Source: Candidatus Hadarchaeales archaeon
Lineage (GTDB): Archaea > Hadarchaeota > Hadarchaeia > Hadarchaeales > Hadarchaeaceae
Direction of reading: 5' to 3'
Length of the DNA: 64,000 bases
Assembly (NCBI GenBank): GCA_038851075.1
Contig: JAWCLG010000002.1
Span: 49,098 to 113,097 of the forward strand
Below, piece after piece: positions 1-9,540 of this stretch. The position numbers and the translations under genes were made by a program. Numbering within the stretch: the first letter of the stretch is position 1; every line of letters starts with the position of its first letter. The notes below the pieces were generated by a model. The model ran no database searches. It was not told the DNA's origin and was given only the letters and a program-made list of their open reading frames with translations.

Positions 1-327
1 GGGCACATCCATCCATCGGTAGAATTCAGAGATAAAATGGGCGGGCGCGCAACCGCTCCAGTTTGGTTAAGATGCACAATGAACCCAGAGAAGATGCCTA
101 AAAAAATTGAAAAACATGCCGGGAAAAAACTGCCCAAGTTGATAGTTCTCCCGGCTTTCAGCGATCTTGTGGGATATGCCCCGGTGAACAGGGAAATGCC
201 GGGCGAGCTGATAGGTCCACTTTTCAGGTCGGGAGTGGTCAACCTATCCGATGCTGAGGTCTACATGCTAGACGGCACATTTGTCGGAAAGGTCAACGAT
301 ATGAAAAAGCGGAATCAATTCCGCTAG
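1..327 (+). CDS. Calcineurin-like metallophosphoesterase, C-terminal part (5'-truncated by window)
   Basis: Frame open from base 1 reading GHIHPSV...; GHxHP and later LIVLPAFS motifs typical of archaeal metallophosphoesterases. Confidence 0.75.
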   Translation, partial: GHIHPSVEFRDKMGGRATAPVWLRCTMNPEKMPKKIEKHAGKKLPKLIVLPAFSDLVGYAPVNREMPGELIGPLFRSGVVNLSDAEVYMLDGTFVGKVNDMKKRNQFR

Positions 328-2420
328 CACAGCACCTTTTCGATTGAAAATATTCTCGCGTGGATCTTTCCGTCCTGTCTTCGGAGCTCTGAAACACCTA
401 CGAACTTTCTTCCCTTTCGAATAAGCATTCTCGGGCCATAGTAATCCTCGGCCGCGAGTTCGGCCCTGAGCCTGCTATCGACCACCAGAATCGCCCCTCC
501 CGGGACAACCCTCTCCACCTCGAACTCGTGCACTTCGCCCACGTGAAGAGACCGGGCTGGAAAAATCATGTCTCCTCTTATATCAACCTGACACTCCTCC
601 TTAAGTTTTGAAATAGCCGCTTCGAATGTGGATATATCATGTCCCTCTGAGGCCAGTTTCTCCCTGAGCGCTTCAGATGATATTCCTTCCCTTCCAGAGG
701 CAAGAACCAAGTCAAGAACGCTCCTCGACATATTTCTCATTTCGACCTCATCCAAAGTTTCCGATTCTGAATCGAACTCAGAATCCTGGCCCAAATCCTG
801 CAAACATTTATCGGCATCCTCGAGAAGCTCTTTCGGCATTATTTTAGTCTCCAGAGCCGCTGTTCTAAGAATCGGTTTCAGGTCGGAGTTCAGGCTCTTT
901 ATCACCCTCCGCATCTTTTCCGCCATCTTTCTGCTGGCATGAAGGTATGCAACGTCAACAGTGCCATCTGCGGCCAGAATGACGACCTTTCCAAATCTCC
1001 TCCTTCCGGTCCTGCCCTTTCTCTGTATGTACCTTATCTCGCTTGGAACGGGCTCGTAGAAAACCACAAGATCAACGCTCGGTATGTCAAGACCCTCCTC
1101 CCCTATGCTGGTCGCCACTAGGACGCTTATCTCTCCGCTCGAAAACCTCCTCAATATCTCTGCCTGCTCATCCTGAGAAAGCCCTATGTCGCCCTCTCTG
1201 GTTGCCTGACCGACGAATCTCTCTGCTCTTATCCCGGCCGCGGAGAGCCGTGAGACAAGATGGGCCGCTGTATCTCTATACTGAGTGAAAAGAATCACTC
1301 TGGACATCGGACTTGATCTGAGCTGCTCCGAGATTATGCCACATGCCAGTTCAACCTTTGGATGCTCTCCCACCTCTCCTGACTCGAGAAACCCGTAAAT
1401 TCCCTTCGATGCGAGCTCCGAAACGATACCGCTGTGCCCCCTCCTCCCGCTTTCCTTTATCCTTTTCAGGAAAGCGTACAGCGCATTCGCCCCTTGGCTT
1501 TCAAGGAGCTCCAGGGCGTGATATAACGACAGGGCGGACGAAAGAACCGAAATCGCGCCGAAGAGCGGGCCTCTTCTGTTTGGTGGAACCGTATGCAGCA
1601 TTTTTCTAAGTTTATCAGACGTTTCTATCAGGTCAGTCCTGAATATGTACTTGGGCGGTTTTTTTATGACTCCCATGGCAGAAAGCTTTCCCAGCCTGGC
1701 ATCGAGGCTTTCCCTTACTTTTCTGGAAATCTCCTGGTACTCAGGCGGCAGTGGGACTGTAATCCACTGAACAGAAACCCTGCTGATGTACGGTGCGACA
1801 TCAGGATCCTCCTCAGTCCTTGCCTCTATGTGCTCGATGAAGAGGGCGTCGCATATCTCCTTTATTTTGTCCCTATCGGCGCCAGGGCTGGCCGTAAGCC
1901 CCATTATGATCGGATGAGGAGACTCGTTTACGTACGCCTTAGCAACCTTCGTGTAAGAGTAATTTTTTCTCGCCCGGTGACACTCGTCGAATATCATGAG
2001 GCTGAATATGTCTAGCCTTAACCCTGAATCGTGGTCGTTCTCAATCACCTGCGGCGTCGCTATGAAAACTCTCGCATTTCCCTTCCACGCTTTAAAACGC
2101 GTCTGAGGTGACTGCTTTCCGGTCAACAGCTTTACGTCCTCGGGCCTGATCCTCAGAAGTCTGATGAACGTATTTCTGTGCTGGACTGCTAGAGGCCTAG
2201 TCGGTGCCATTATCAGCACCTTCATGTGGCTGTGGTTGTAGAGAAAGTGGGATGCCACCAAGGCTGCTATGACCGTCTTGCCGAGAGCGGTCGGCAGGAC
2301 CACCAGAGTGTTTTCCTTTACGGCCCTTTTCGCTATGTTTAACTGATACTCTCTCAGCTCGATCTCACTTGCCCTGACAAGTGGATTGATAAACTCAGTG
2401 GTTTTTGATTGATCCTCCAT
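324..2420 (-). CDS. Hef/FANCM-like DEAH-box SF2 helicase without a recognisable ERCC4 nuclease domain
   Basis: LPTALGKT, DECH, TASPG, ATSIGEEGLDIP, QRKGRTGR motifs; C-terminus lacks an ERKxxxD motif. Confidence 0.9.
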   Translation of the reverse strand: MEDQSKTTEFINPLVRASEIELREYQLNIAKRAVKENTLVVLPTALGKTVIAALVASHFLYNHSHMKVLIMAPTRPLAVQHRNTFIRLLRIRPEDVKLLTGKQSPQTRFKAWKGNARVFIATPQVIENDHDSGLRLDIFSLMIFDECHRARKNYSYTKVAKAYVNESPHPIIMGLTASPGADRDKIKEICDALFIEHIEARTEEDPDVAPYISRVSVQWITVPLPPEYQEISRKVRESLDARLGKLSAMGVIKKPPKYIFRTDLIETSDKLRKMLHTVPPNRRGPLFGAISVLSSALSLYHALELLESQGANALYAFLKRIKESGRRGHSGIVSELASKGIYGFLESGEVGEHPKVELACGIISEQLRSSPMSRVILFTQYRDTAAHLVSRLSAAGIRAERFVGQATREGDIGLSQDEQAEILRRFSSGEISVLVATSIGEEGLDIPSVDLVVFYEPVPSEIRYIQRKGRTGRRRFGKVVILAADGTVDVAYLHASRKMAEKMRRVIKSLNSDLKPILRTAALETKIMPKELLEDADKCLQDLGQDSEFDSESETLDEVEMRNMSRSVLDLVLASGREGISSEALREKLASEGHDISTFEAAISKLKEECQVDIRGDMIFPARSLHVGEVHEFEVERVVPGGAILVVDSRLRAELAAEDYYGPRMLIRKGRKFVGVSELRRQDGKIHARIFSIEKVLC

Positions 2421-2501
2421 ACGCTCACCTTTAAACTCAAATGACTTAGTTATAACCTCTGGGGCGCTTATATCCTACAGAAAAAATGTGTCTTTGATGC
2501 T

Positions 2502-3731
2502 ATGAAAGCTTTGGCGTTGCTGACTGCGGTGGTTATCATGTGCGGCTTATGCCAGGCGGAGGAGTGGCCGACTTTTAGAAGGGACTCACTGCAGACAGGA
2601 TATTCACAGGACGCTGGACCTGAGAGGCCAGATATCGCGTGGTCCGCTGAAATAGAGCATTGTACGGTACACCTGACCGTTTCTGAATACATCGCATACG
2701 TTGTAAGCGGAGAGTATGTTTATGCCATCAACGTGTTTAACGGCTCTAGGATATGGACAGTAAAGATGGACGGAAACGTGTCACCAGTTACGGTTTACGG
2801 CGGAGATATCTACTTCGGAACGGCTAAAGGTACAATCCACTGCCTCAAAGGAAAAACCGGATCGTTGAACTGGAGCAGCTCTGTTTCCGGAGGCGTCTAT
2901 GATGCCCCGTTGATTGCCAACGGCAGGATATACCTGATCGCGGGCACAAATGTTTACTCAATTTACCCATCAACGGGGCAAAAAATATGGGAAAGATCTC
3001 TCGAAGACACCGTCACTGGGCTCTCTGCAGATTCGAACTCTGCGGTGGTGGTCACGGAATCTGGATGCGTATGGAACTTTGACCCAAACGGGGGAATCTT
3101 GTGGAAAGTTGCGACAGGAGAGGAGATAATTCACGCTCCGTCCATATCAGATGGCCTGATATACGTCAGTGCTGGAAACAGGCTCATAGTCATAGATAAC
3201 GGTGCCGTTGCCGAGAATTTGGAGTTTGGATCAAAAGTTGGACCCGTTTCCGTTGGGCCCGATACCGCATACTTCGGGTGCGAGAACGGATCTGTGGTCG
3301 CGATTACTAAAAACACCTTTGAGGAAAGATGGAACTACGTAACTGGAGGAAAGATACTTTCTCCACCTGCAATAGGCAAAAATAGGATGTATGTTGTTTC
3401 TGGAGACGGTTGCCTTTACTGCATAAGCGCCGAAAACGGAGGGCTTATCTGGAAATCGAGGCTTGGGCTGAAGGAAAACTCCTATCCGGTCATCGCTTAT
3501 CTCAAGATATTCGTCTTCTCAGGCAACAGTGTGTACTGCATCGGGAGCTGGGGGTCCGTGCCGAACGGTGCCCTGACCAACGGTCTTATCTACTTAATAA
3601 TCTCAATGTGCTTTTTTGCCTCCATTTTTGCTCTGAGAAAATTATCGCCCGAGGAAAAACCGGACAAAAAGCGAAAAGCTGTGAGAAAGCACGTAAGGAA
3701 AAAGAGAAGCGGAAAAAAACACAGTAGATAA
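2502..3731 (+). CDS. Secreted, membrane-anchored PQQ-like (BamB-type) beta-propeller protein
   Basis: Signal peptide, WPTFRRD start, repeated G..xW blades, C-terminal TM helix and basic tail. Confidence 0.85.
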   Translation: MKALALLTAVVIMCGLCQAEEWPTFRRDSLQTGYSQDAGPERPDIAWSAEIEHCTVHLTVSEYIAYVVSGEYVYAINVFNGSRIWTVKMDGNVSPVTVYGGDIYFGTAKGTIHCLKGKTGSLNWSSSVSGGVYDAPLIANGRIYLIAGTNVYSIYPSTGQKIWERSLEDTVTGLSADSNSAVVVTESGCVWNFDPNGGILWKVATGEEIIHAPSISDGLIYVSAGNRLIVIDNGAVAENLEFGSKVGPVSVGPDTAYFGCENGSVVAITKNTFEERWNYVTGGKILSPPAIGKNRMYVVSGDGCLYCISAENGGLIWKSRLGLKENSYPVIAYLKIFVFSGNSVYCIGSWGSVPNGALTNGLIYLIISMCFFASIFALRKLSPEEKPDKKRKAVRKHVRKKRSGKKHSR

Positions 3732-3736
3732 TGGAC

Positions 3737-4951
3737 CTAGCCCCGCTCCCTGAAAATTCTAAATGAGTACTTTATAAGCAATGGTGCTACCACCGTGGTC
3801 GCGAGGACTATCAGCACCGTCAATGAGAGAAGAGAATGAGAGACAACGCCCGATTTCACGCCTATGGCGGCTATGACCAACGCCACCTCCCCTCTGGGAA
3901 CCATCCCTACTCCAACTCTCAGAGAATCTCCGGCAGAAAAACCGCCAATCAGAGCACCAACCCCACATCCGAGTATTTTGCTGATGAAAGACATGACGAT
4001 CACAACCGATCCGACCAGAATGCCTATGCTTGCGAGCTCACCAAAATTCATCCTTACGCCCATTTCTGTGAAAAAAATTGGAATGAAAAGAGCGTAGCCA
4101 ATTGTTGTGATCTTGGCTCTCAGCGATTTTGCCACGGGAAGTCTGCTCATGACCATGCCTGCCAAAAAAGCCCCAGTAATTGCCGCCAAGCTCACTAACT
4201 CCGAAAGCGCGCTAACGAGGAATATTATCACAATTGTCAGGGAGAGTATAACCTCCTCAATGTTAAATCTCCCGATAAAACGCATTATTCCGGGTAAAAT
4301 CTTGAGGCCGAACAGAAGCACTAGCACTATGAAAATAACCATCAGCGCTACGACCCGCGAAACTCCAAAAAGCGAGAGCGATCCCAAGGCGGCGCCAGAA
4401 AGCACGCTCAGAATCATTATCCCCAGAATATCATCGATCACGGCCGCCTCAAGAATCGCCACACCAACTGGGGTGTGGAGTTTTCCTATGTCGACAAGCG
4501 CTCTAACAGTTAGACCAACGCTTGTGGCGGTGAGGACGGCGCCAAGGAAAGCAGCCTCGATGGTCCCCCACCCCAAAAACCATGCCAACGCGAAGCCAAA
4601 AATAAAAGAGACCACAACTCCGGAAGAAGCCACCGCAATCGCGACCTTTCCCGATTTTTTAAACTCATCAATATCTATGGACACCCCGGCGAGGAAGAGT
4701 AGTAAAATTATGCCTATATCGCTGAAAACGTTCACCACACTGCCTGAAGGTGAATCCAGATTTATGAATAGATGATGTCCGAGAATCAAGTTCGAAATCT
4801 GGCCAGCAACAAAAGGCCCTATCATAATCCCGGAGATTAGTTCACCAACTACGGGGGGCTGCTTCAATCTCGAAAACAGTTCCCCGCCTAACCGCGCTGA
4901 AAGCAGGATAACCGCCAAGTAGATGAGAACGGAGGATATCTCAACTTCCAT
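3737..4951 (-). CDS. Cation:proton antiporter, CPA2 (NapA/KefB) family
   Basis: QPPVVGELISG, TATSVG, AAVIDD, GMVPRGEV motifs, many TM segments; start moved to ATG 4951. Confidence 0.9.
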   Translation of the reverse strand: MEVEISSVLIYLAVILLSARLGGELFSRLKQPPVVGELISGIMIGPFVAGQISNLILGHHLFINLDSPSGSVVNVFSDIGIILLLFLAGVSIDIDEFKKSGKVAIAVASSGVVVSFIFGFALAWFLGWGTIEAAFLGAVLTATSVGLTVRALVDIGKLHTPVGVAILEAAVIDDILGIMILSVLSGAALGSLSLFGVSRVVALMVIFIVLVLLFGLKILPGIMRFIGRFNIEEVILSLTIVIIFLVSALSELVSLAAITGAFLAGMVMSRLPVAKSLRAKITTIGYALFIPIFFTEMGVRMNFGELASIGILVGSVVIVMSFISKILGCGVGALIGGFSAGDSLRVGVGMVPRGEVALVIAAIGVKSGVVSHSLLSLTVLIVLATTVVAPLLIKYSFRIFRERG

Positions 4952-5030
4952 ATTTCTCCCCAGTTTTCCACATATGAAACCAACGGTGTACCTCAAAAAA
5001 AGAATGCCCGGCAACCTCCAGATCTAAACT

Positions 5031-5435
5031 TCACCTTAGAAGCCTGTAGAACTCAATTATCTTCCTGAGATTGATGAGCCCCACAAGTTTTCCTCTCTCC
5101 GTGACAGGAAGACTTCTCAACTTATGAATTGACATTATGTTAAGCACCTCCTCCATGTTCATATCTGGTGAAACCGTGACAGGATCTCTCGTCATTATAT
5201 CTCCCACCTTAGTTGCCATCCTCTTCTTCAATTCCTGCACCATATCGGGGCCTACAACCGCCCTCTTTAAAGGTACCTGAAGAATCTGGAGCACATCGCT
5301 CTCGGTGACAATGCCTACGACTCTCTCCTTTTTGTCAACAACCGGAAAACTTCCCTCGATCTGGGAGAGAAGGCGTTCGATTAGCTCATCTATGGGGGTT
5401 TCTGGATTTACCTTTCTCGGCTTTGTGTTCATCAC
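5031..5435 (-). CDS. Tandem CBS-domain protein (true start may be further upstream)
   Basis: FPVVD..VVGIVTESD and KVGDIMTRDPVTV..LPV..LVGLI CBS pair. Confidence 0.88.
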   Translation of the reverse strand: MMNTKPRKVNPETPIDELIERLLSQIEGSFPVVDKKERVVGIVTESDVLQILQVPLKRAVVGPDMVQELKKRMATKVGDIMTRDPVTVSPDMNMEEVLNIMSIHKLRSLPVTERGKLVGLINLRKIIEFYRLLR

Positions 5436-5553
5436 GTCCTTAACCTTTATGAGCCTAAGTTGCTCCGGATTTATCGGTCCTCTTATCGCTGTGATTCGAA
5501 TCCCAATTGCTACTCTTTTTCTGCCTTATTAGCATTGTACATCCGGATTGAAG

Positions 5554-5631
5554 TGGTGGGGTCGCCGAGATTTGAACTCGGGTCACCGGCTCCCGAAGCC
5601 GGCAGGATGGACCAGTCTACCCCACGACCCC
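5554..5631 (-). tRNA. tRNA-Pro (anticodon CGG), CCA encoded
   Basis: GGGGTCG acceptor stem, CCGGC-TT-CGG-GA-GCCGG anticodon arm, GTTCAAATC T-loop, 3' ACCA. Confidence 0.96.
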
Positions 5632-5682
5632 CTGTAAAAAATATCGTCTGCAAGTAAAAGCTTACGAGTTCATTGTCCTGAT

Positions 5683-6870
5683 TCAGGTCTTTCTTCCCTC
5701 AAGCAGATTCTCAAGCTCTTTCTCCAGCCACGCCACTGGCGCTTCCTGTATACCGATCTTTTTCTTCCCTTTAGAGCGCGCCTCCTTCACCTCAACAAGT
5801 CCGAGTCCCTCCATTCTTTTTAAATACTCCCAGAACTGGCTCTTCTCTCGTGGCTGCTCTCCGTATTCTTCGCATGCCGCACGATATGTTTTGTCTAGGT
5901 CTTCCCTTAACGTGTACGCCTTACCGGAAGATCTGAGTCTCCTGCACAGAGAGAGCAGAAGTATCTTTTCGTGGGGTAACAGCTCGCGCAAAACCTCGCG
6001 CTTGATAACCGGATAAACCTCGGCCTTTGCCTCCCTGACGTGCTCCGGATTGACCGAACTCTCTAACTTTCCATCTGCGATGAGCCCTGCCCTCCACAAC
6101 AGCTCGAGCGCAAATCTAGCATCTCCAGTTGAAGATGCGATGTCGGCTATAAGATCCACAGACTCCTCCTCTACGGCCCCGGGTTTGAATGCCTCGTGGA
6201 TTCTCTGCTGAAGTATGTCTTTAAGCTGCTCGGCAGTGTACCTGTTAAGCTCAAGCACGTTATGCATAAACGTGCTCTGTGTCGGGAGGTCAAGCGATTT
6301 GAGAAACTCCCTGTCCTTAGCAACAGCTATGATACTTATTCTGTTAGGCTGGCCTTCATCCTCATACATCCTAGTCAGCGAGTACATCAGGTCGGGACCC
6401 TCCATGCGGACGTAATAGTCTATTTCATCAAGGCAAAGGGTGAGGTATGCATCGTGCGTCCTCATGTAGGTTGAGATCAGATCTATCAGTTTTTCCGGTG
6501 ACAGCCCATGATGAGGCCATTTTGGATTGTAATGATGATGTATTTTGGATATGATCGAAAAGTAGCTCTTGTCCTTTCTGCAGTTTATGTGGAGATAGCT
6601 CAGATTCATTCCTCTCCCCTTCGCCGTAGCCTCCAGATCGGCGCCAAACCTTCCCGCTATGGCAGTCTTTCCTACCCCAACGCTTCCTGTGATTAAAACC
6701 CGCTGGCTCATCCTGTTCTCCAGGAGAGGTCTAAAAACTCTGATTAACCATCTAAACTCCTCATCTCTGTGCACCAAAACCTGAGGGACGTAGTCTGGAG
6801 AGAGTTTGCTCGCGTCCCTGAAAACTGACGGCCTTTCCAGTTCCTCCTCGAAGAGATTCCTCATTTGCAC
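5683..6870 (-). CDS. cdc6: Orc1/Cdc6 replication initiator paralog
   Basis: LSPDYVP..HRDEE, Walker A GSVGVGKT, LDEID, GDARFAL, C-terminal winged helix. Confidence 0.92.
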   Translation of the reverse strand: MQMRNLFEEELERPSVFRDASKLSPDYVPQVLVHRDEEFRWLIRVFRPLLENRMSQRVLITGSVGVGKTAIAGRFGADLEATAKGRGMNLSYLHINCRKDKSYFSIISKIHHHYNPKWPHHGLSPEKLIDLISTYMRTHDAYLTLCLDEIDYYVRMEGPDLMYSLTRMYEDEGQPNRISIIAVAKDREFLKSLDLPTQSTFMHNVLELNRYTAEQLKDILQQRIHEAFKPGAVEEESVDLIADIASSTGDARFALELLWRAGLIADGKLESSVNPEHVREAKAEVYPVIKREVLRELLPHEKILLLSLCRRLRSSGKAYTLREDLDKTYRAACEEYGEQPREKSQFWEYLKRMEGLGLVEVKEARSKGKKKIGIQEAPVAWLEKELENLLEGRKT

Positions 6871-6911
6871 CCCCAGTATGAGATTTGCTGAGGCTCATAA
6901 AAACGGTGCAA

Positions 6912-8018
6912 TCATGCTATCCTTACCATGTGTGTCTGGAAATACCCACTAATCACAGGTATGTATCCCCTCAGCTCTGAATCTAGCCCCGGATCTCCCG
7001 TATCCACCTTAAGTACTGGTGTGAGGCTCAGTTTTTGAGGAGTGGCCAGAACTATGATGTTCTTCTTTCCAACCTTTTTGATAACCCTAGGGCTGATCTG
7101 CTGGTTCCCTCTTCCGAAGATGAATCCCTGTCTGCCAAGAGGACTCACAACAATTGCGGCAGGATTCTTCTCAATCTTCTCCATTATCTGATTTTCATTA
7201 ACATCCTTTCCAACAAGTTTATAGTCAAGTATCAAATCCACACCAAGCAGGGTAGAGTCATATATCCCAAGCTCTTCGGCGACTGCCCTTGTGGTTGTTC
7301 CCGGGCCAAGTATGTAAACCCTCCCTTTTTCCATTAACTCGACCATCCATCTTGCTATGGCCTTCTGGTCAGCTGTTTCGAACCCGGAGCTACTCTCCTT
7401 TCCAGTCTGCATCATGACCGGCTCATAGGGCACAACGGCGTATCCCTTCAGACTAACCGCCAGCTCGTCCCTCCTGTATGTATCCTCGTCTATATCCATC
7501 ACCTCGGCCTCTCTGACCGGTAACCCTCGTGAAAGAAAAAGCGAGGCCACATCTCCCGCGGCGCTCGGTGTGTTCGCAAAAACCGCTGAATATATCTTCA
7601 CTCCTGATGGCACTCCTAAAATTGGGACCTTGCTTCCGGCGACCTCATAAACGTCTCTCGCTGTTCCATCCCCACCTACAAACATCACAAGATCCACTCC
7701 CATCTCGATCATCTTTTTTACCGCAAGCTTTGTGTCCTCCGCTGTGGTCTGCCCCGGCTTTATGCTGCCTATGACTGTCGGCTCACACCCGCTCTCTCTC
7801 ACCACGGTCTCACCCATTTCTCCGGGATATGTTATTACCTGAACCTGATCTCGCATCCTCGTCAGCCTCTTCATGGCTTCTAGTCCTCTTTTGTGAGAAA
7901 CCGGTTCCGCACCGAGCTCAACTGCCCGTCTCAGAGCCTCTGGTCCATCAGTTCCCTTCAATCCCACGCGTCCGCCCATTCCGGCGATCGGGTTCACGAC
8001 AAACCCTATTTTCCTCAT
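6912..8018 (-). CDS. ATP-NAD kinase / AcoX-like protein (COG3199 type)
   Basis: VNPIAGMGGRVGLKGTDG, GGDGTARD, GRGNQQIS motifs; start moved to MRKIGF. Confidence 0.85.
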   Translation of the reverse strand: MRKIGFVVNPIAGMGGRVGLKGTDGPEALRRAVELGAEPVSHKRGLEAMKRLTRMRDQVQVITYPGEMGETVVRESGCEPTVIGSIKPGQTTAEDTKLAVKKMIEMGVDLVMFVGGDGTARDVYEVAGSKVPILGVPSGVKIYSAVFANTPSAAGDVASLFLSRGLPVREAEVMDIDEDTYRRDELAVSLKGYAVVPYEPVMMQTGKESSSGFETADQKAIARWMVELMEKGRVYILGPGTTTRAVAEELGIYDSTLLGVDLILDYKLVGKDVNENQIMEKIEKNPAAIVVSPLGRQGFIFGRGNQQISPRVIKKVGKKNIIVLATPQKLSLTPVLKVDTGDPGLDSELRGYIPVISGYFQTHMVRIA

Positions 8019-8025
8019 CTGTCTA

Positions 8026-9540
8026 TCAACTTCCGTTTTCATCTTGCTGATGCCCTGAGAGATACATTCTCCAGCTAAGTATTGGTTCCTTCGCTGCCTT
8101 CACCTCATCCAGCCTGCCGATTGCCGTGCACAGAGGAGCTGAACGCAGAAGCTCAGGATTTTCTCTCGCATCTTTAGCGATCTCCCGCATCACGCCGATG
8201 AACCTGTCAAGCTCCTCCTTTGTTTCCGTTTCAGTTGGCTCCACCATAAGAGCCTCGGAAACTATTGGTGGAAAGTAATAAGTCGGCGCGTGCATGCCAT
8301 AGTCAAGAATTCTCTTTGCGACGTCTCTTGCTGTTACTCCAGTCTCCCTCTTGAGCGGCTCCGCTGTAAATACCACCTCATGCTTGCATACTCCATCAAA
8401 CGCCGGCTTGAATCCGTCTATCTCTGATATTTTTTTTCTGATGTAGTTTGCATTCGCAACCGCTGTTTCAGTGACCTCCTGAAGTCCCTCTCCTCCCATC
8501 ATCAGAAGGTAAGTATAAGCCCTGACAAGCACGCCGAAGTTTCCATAAAATGACCTGATCTTGCCTATCGAGTCCGGCCTGTCATAGTTCAAATAATATC
8601 TATTTTTTTCTTGATCGTACTCTATGAGAGGGACCGGCAAGAACCTCTCCAGCTTTTCGTTCACGCCCACCGGACCGGAACCGGGCCCTCCTCCGCCGTG
8701 TGGTGTGGAGAACGTCTTGTGAAGATTTAGATGGACCACATCAAAACCCATATCTCCTGGTCTGGTCCTGCCGAGAATGCCGTTCATATTTGCTCCGTCG
8801 TAGTATAGAAGACCTCCAGCCTCATGCACTATTTTTGCTATCTCATGGATCCCGTCCTCAAAGAGACCCAGCGTGTTTGGGTTTGTGAGCATGATCGCCG
8901 CGGTCTGATCGGAAACTGCAGCTCTCAGAGCATCGATATTCACCCTTCCGCGTGAGTCAGACGGAATGACTCTCACCCTGAACCCAGCCATCGCGGCGCT
9001 GGCAAAGTTTGTGCCGTGGGCCGAGTCCGGGATTATAACCTCAGTTCTGTGATCCTCCCTGTAATTGTGATATGCTCTTATTAAAAGAAGACCAAGAAGC
9101 TCCCCATGGGCCCCTGCTGCCGGATGGAGACAGACCCTCTTTACTCCGGCAATCTCCGCAAGCATTCTCTCGAGTCTGTACATGAGCTCTAAGCATCCCT
9201 GAACTGTGCTTTCATCCTGATACGGATGAACGTTTGTGCTATCCATCCATGCCATCTCATCGCATATTTTCGGATTGTACTTCATGGTGCAGGACCCTAT
9301 CGGATAAAAAACCAGATCTATGCAATAGTTCATCTGCGAAAGTCTTGTGTAGTGCCGCACAACTTCTGGCTCTGAAAGCTCTGGAAGATTGAGCGAGGTC
9401 CTCCTCAGTTTTTCCGGTATTTCAAAATCAGATGGCCTTTTCTGCGGCAGATGGACCCCTGTTTTTTCTGCCTTGCCAAGTTCAAAGATGATCGGCTCAA
9501 GTCCTGAACCGGTTGCCCACCTTGCCTGTCTGAAGTTCAT
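8026..9540 (-). CDS. gcvPB: Glycine dehydrogenase (decarboxylating) subunit 2
   Basis: GSCTMKYNP, SAHGTN, HLNLHKTFSTPHGGGGPG PLP-lysine motif. Confidence 0.97.
   Translation of the reverse strand: MNFRQARWATGSGLEPIIFELGKAEKTGVHLPQKRPSDFEIPEKLRRTSLNLPELSEPEVVRHYTRLSQMNYCIDLVFYPIGSCTMKYNPKICDEMAWMDSTNVHPYQDESTVQGCLELMYRLERMLAEIAGVKRVCLHPAAGAHGELLGLLLIRAYHNYREDHRTEVIIPDSAHGTNFASAAMAGFRVRVIPSDSRGRVNIDALRAAVSDQTAAIMLTNPNTLGLFEDGIHEIAKIVHEAGGLLYYDGANMNGILGRTRPGDMGFDVVHLNLHKTFSTPHGGGGPGSGPVGVNEKLERFLPVPLIEYDQEKNRYYLNYDRPDSIGKIRSFYGNFGVLVRAYTYLLMMGGEGLQEVTETAVANANYIRKKISEIDGFKPAFDGVCKHEVVFTAEPLKRETGVTARDVAKRILDYGMHAPTYYFPPIVSEALMVEPTETETKEELDRFIGVMREIAKDARENPELLRSAPLCTAIGRLDEVKAAKEPILSWRMYLSGHQQDENGS

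Noticed and set aside
6871-6911. Origin next to the first cdc6 paralog
   Set aside because: Only about 40 nt intergenic and no ORB-like sequence
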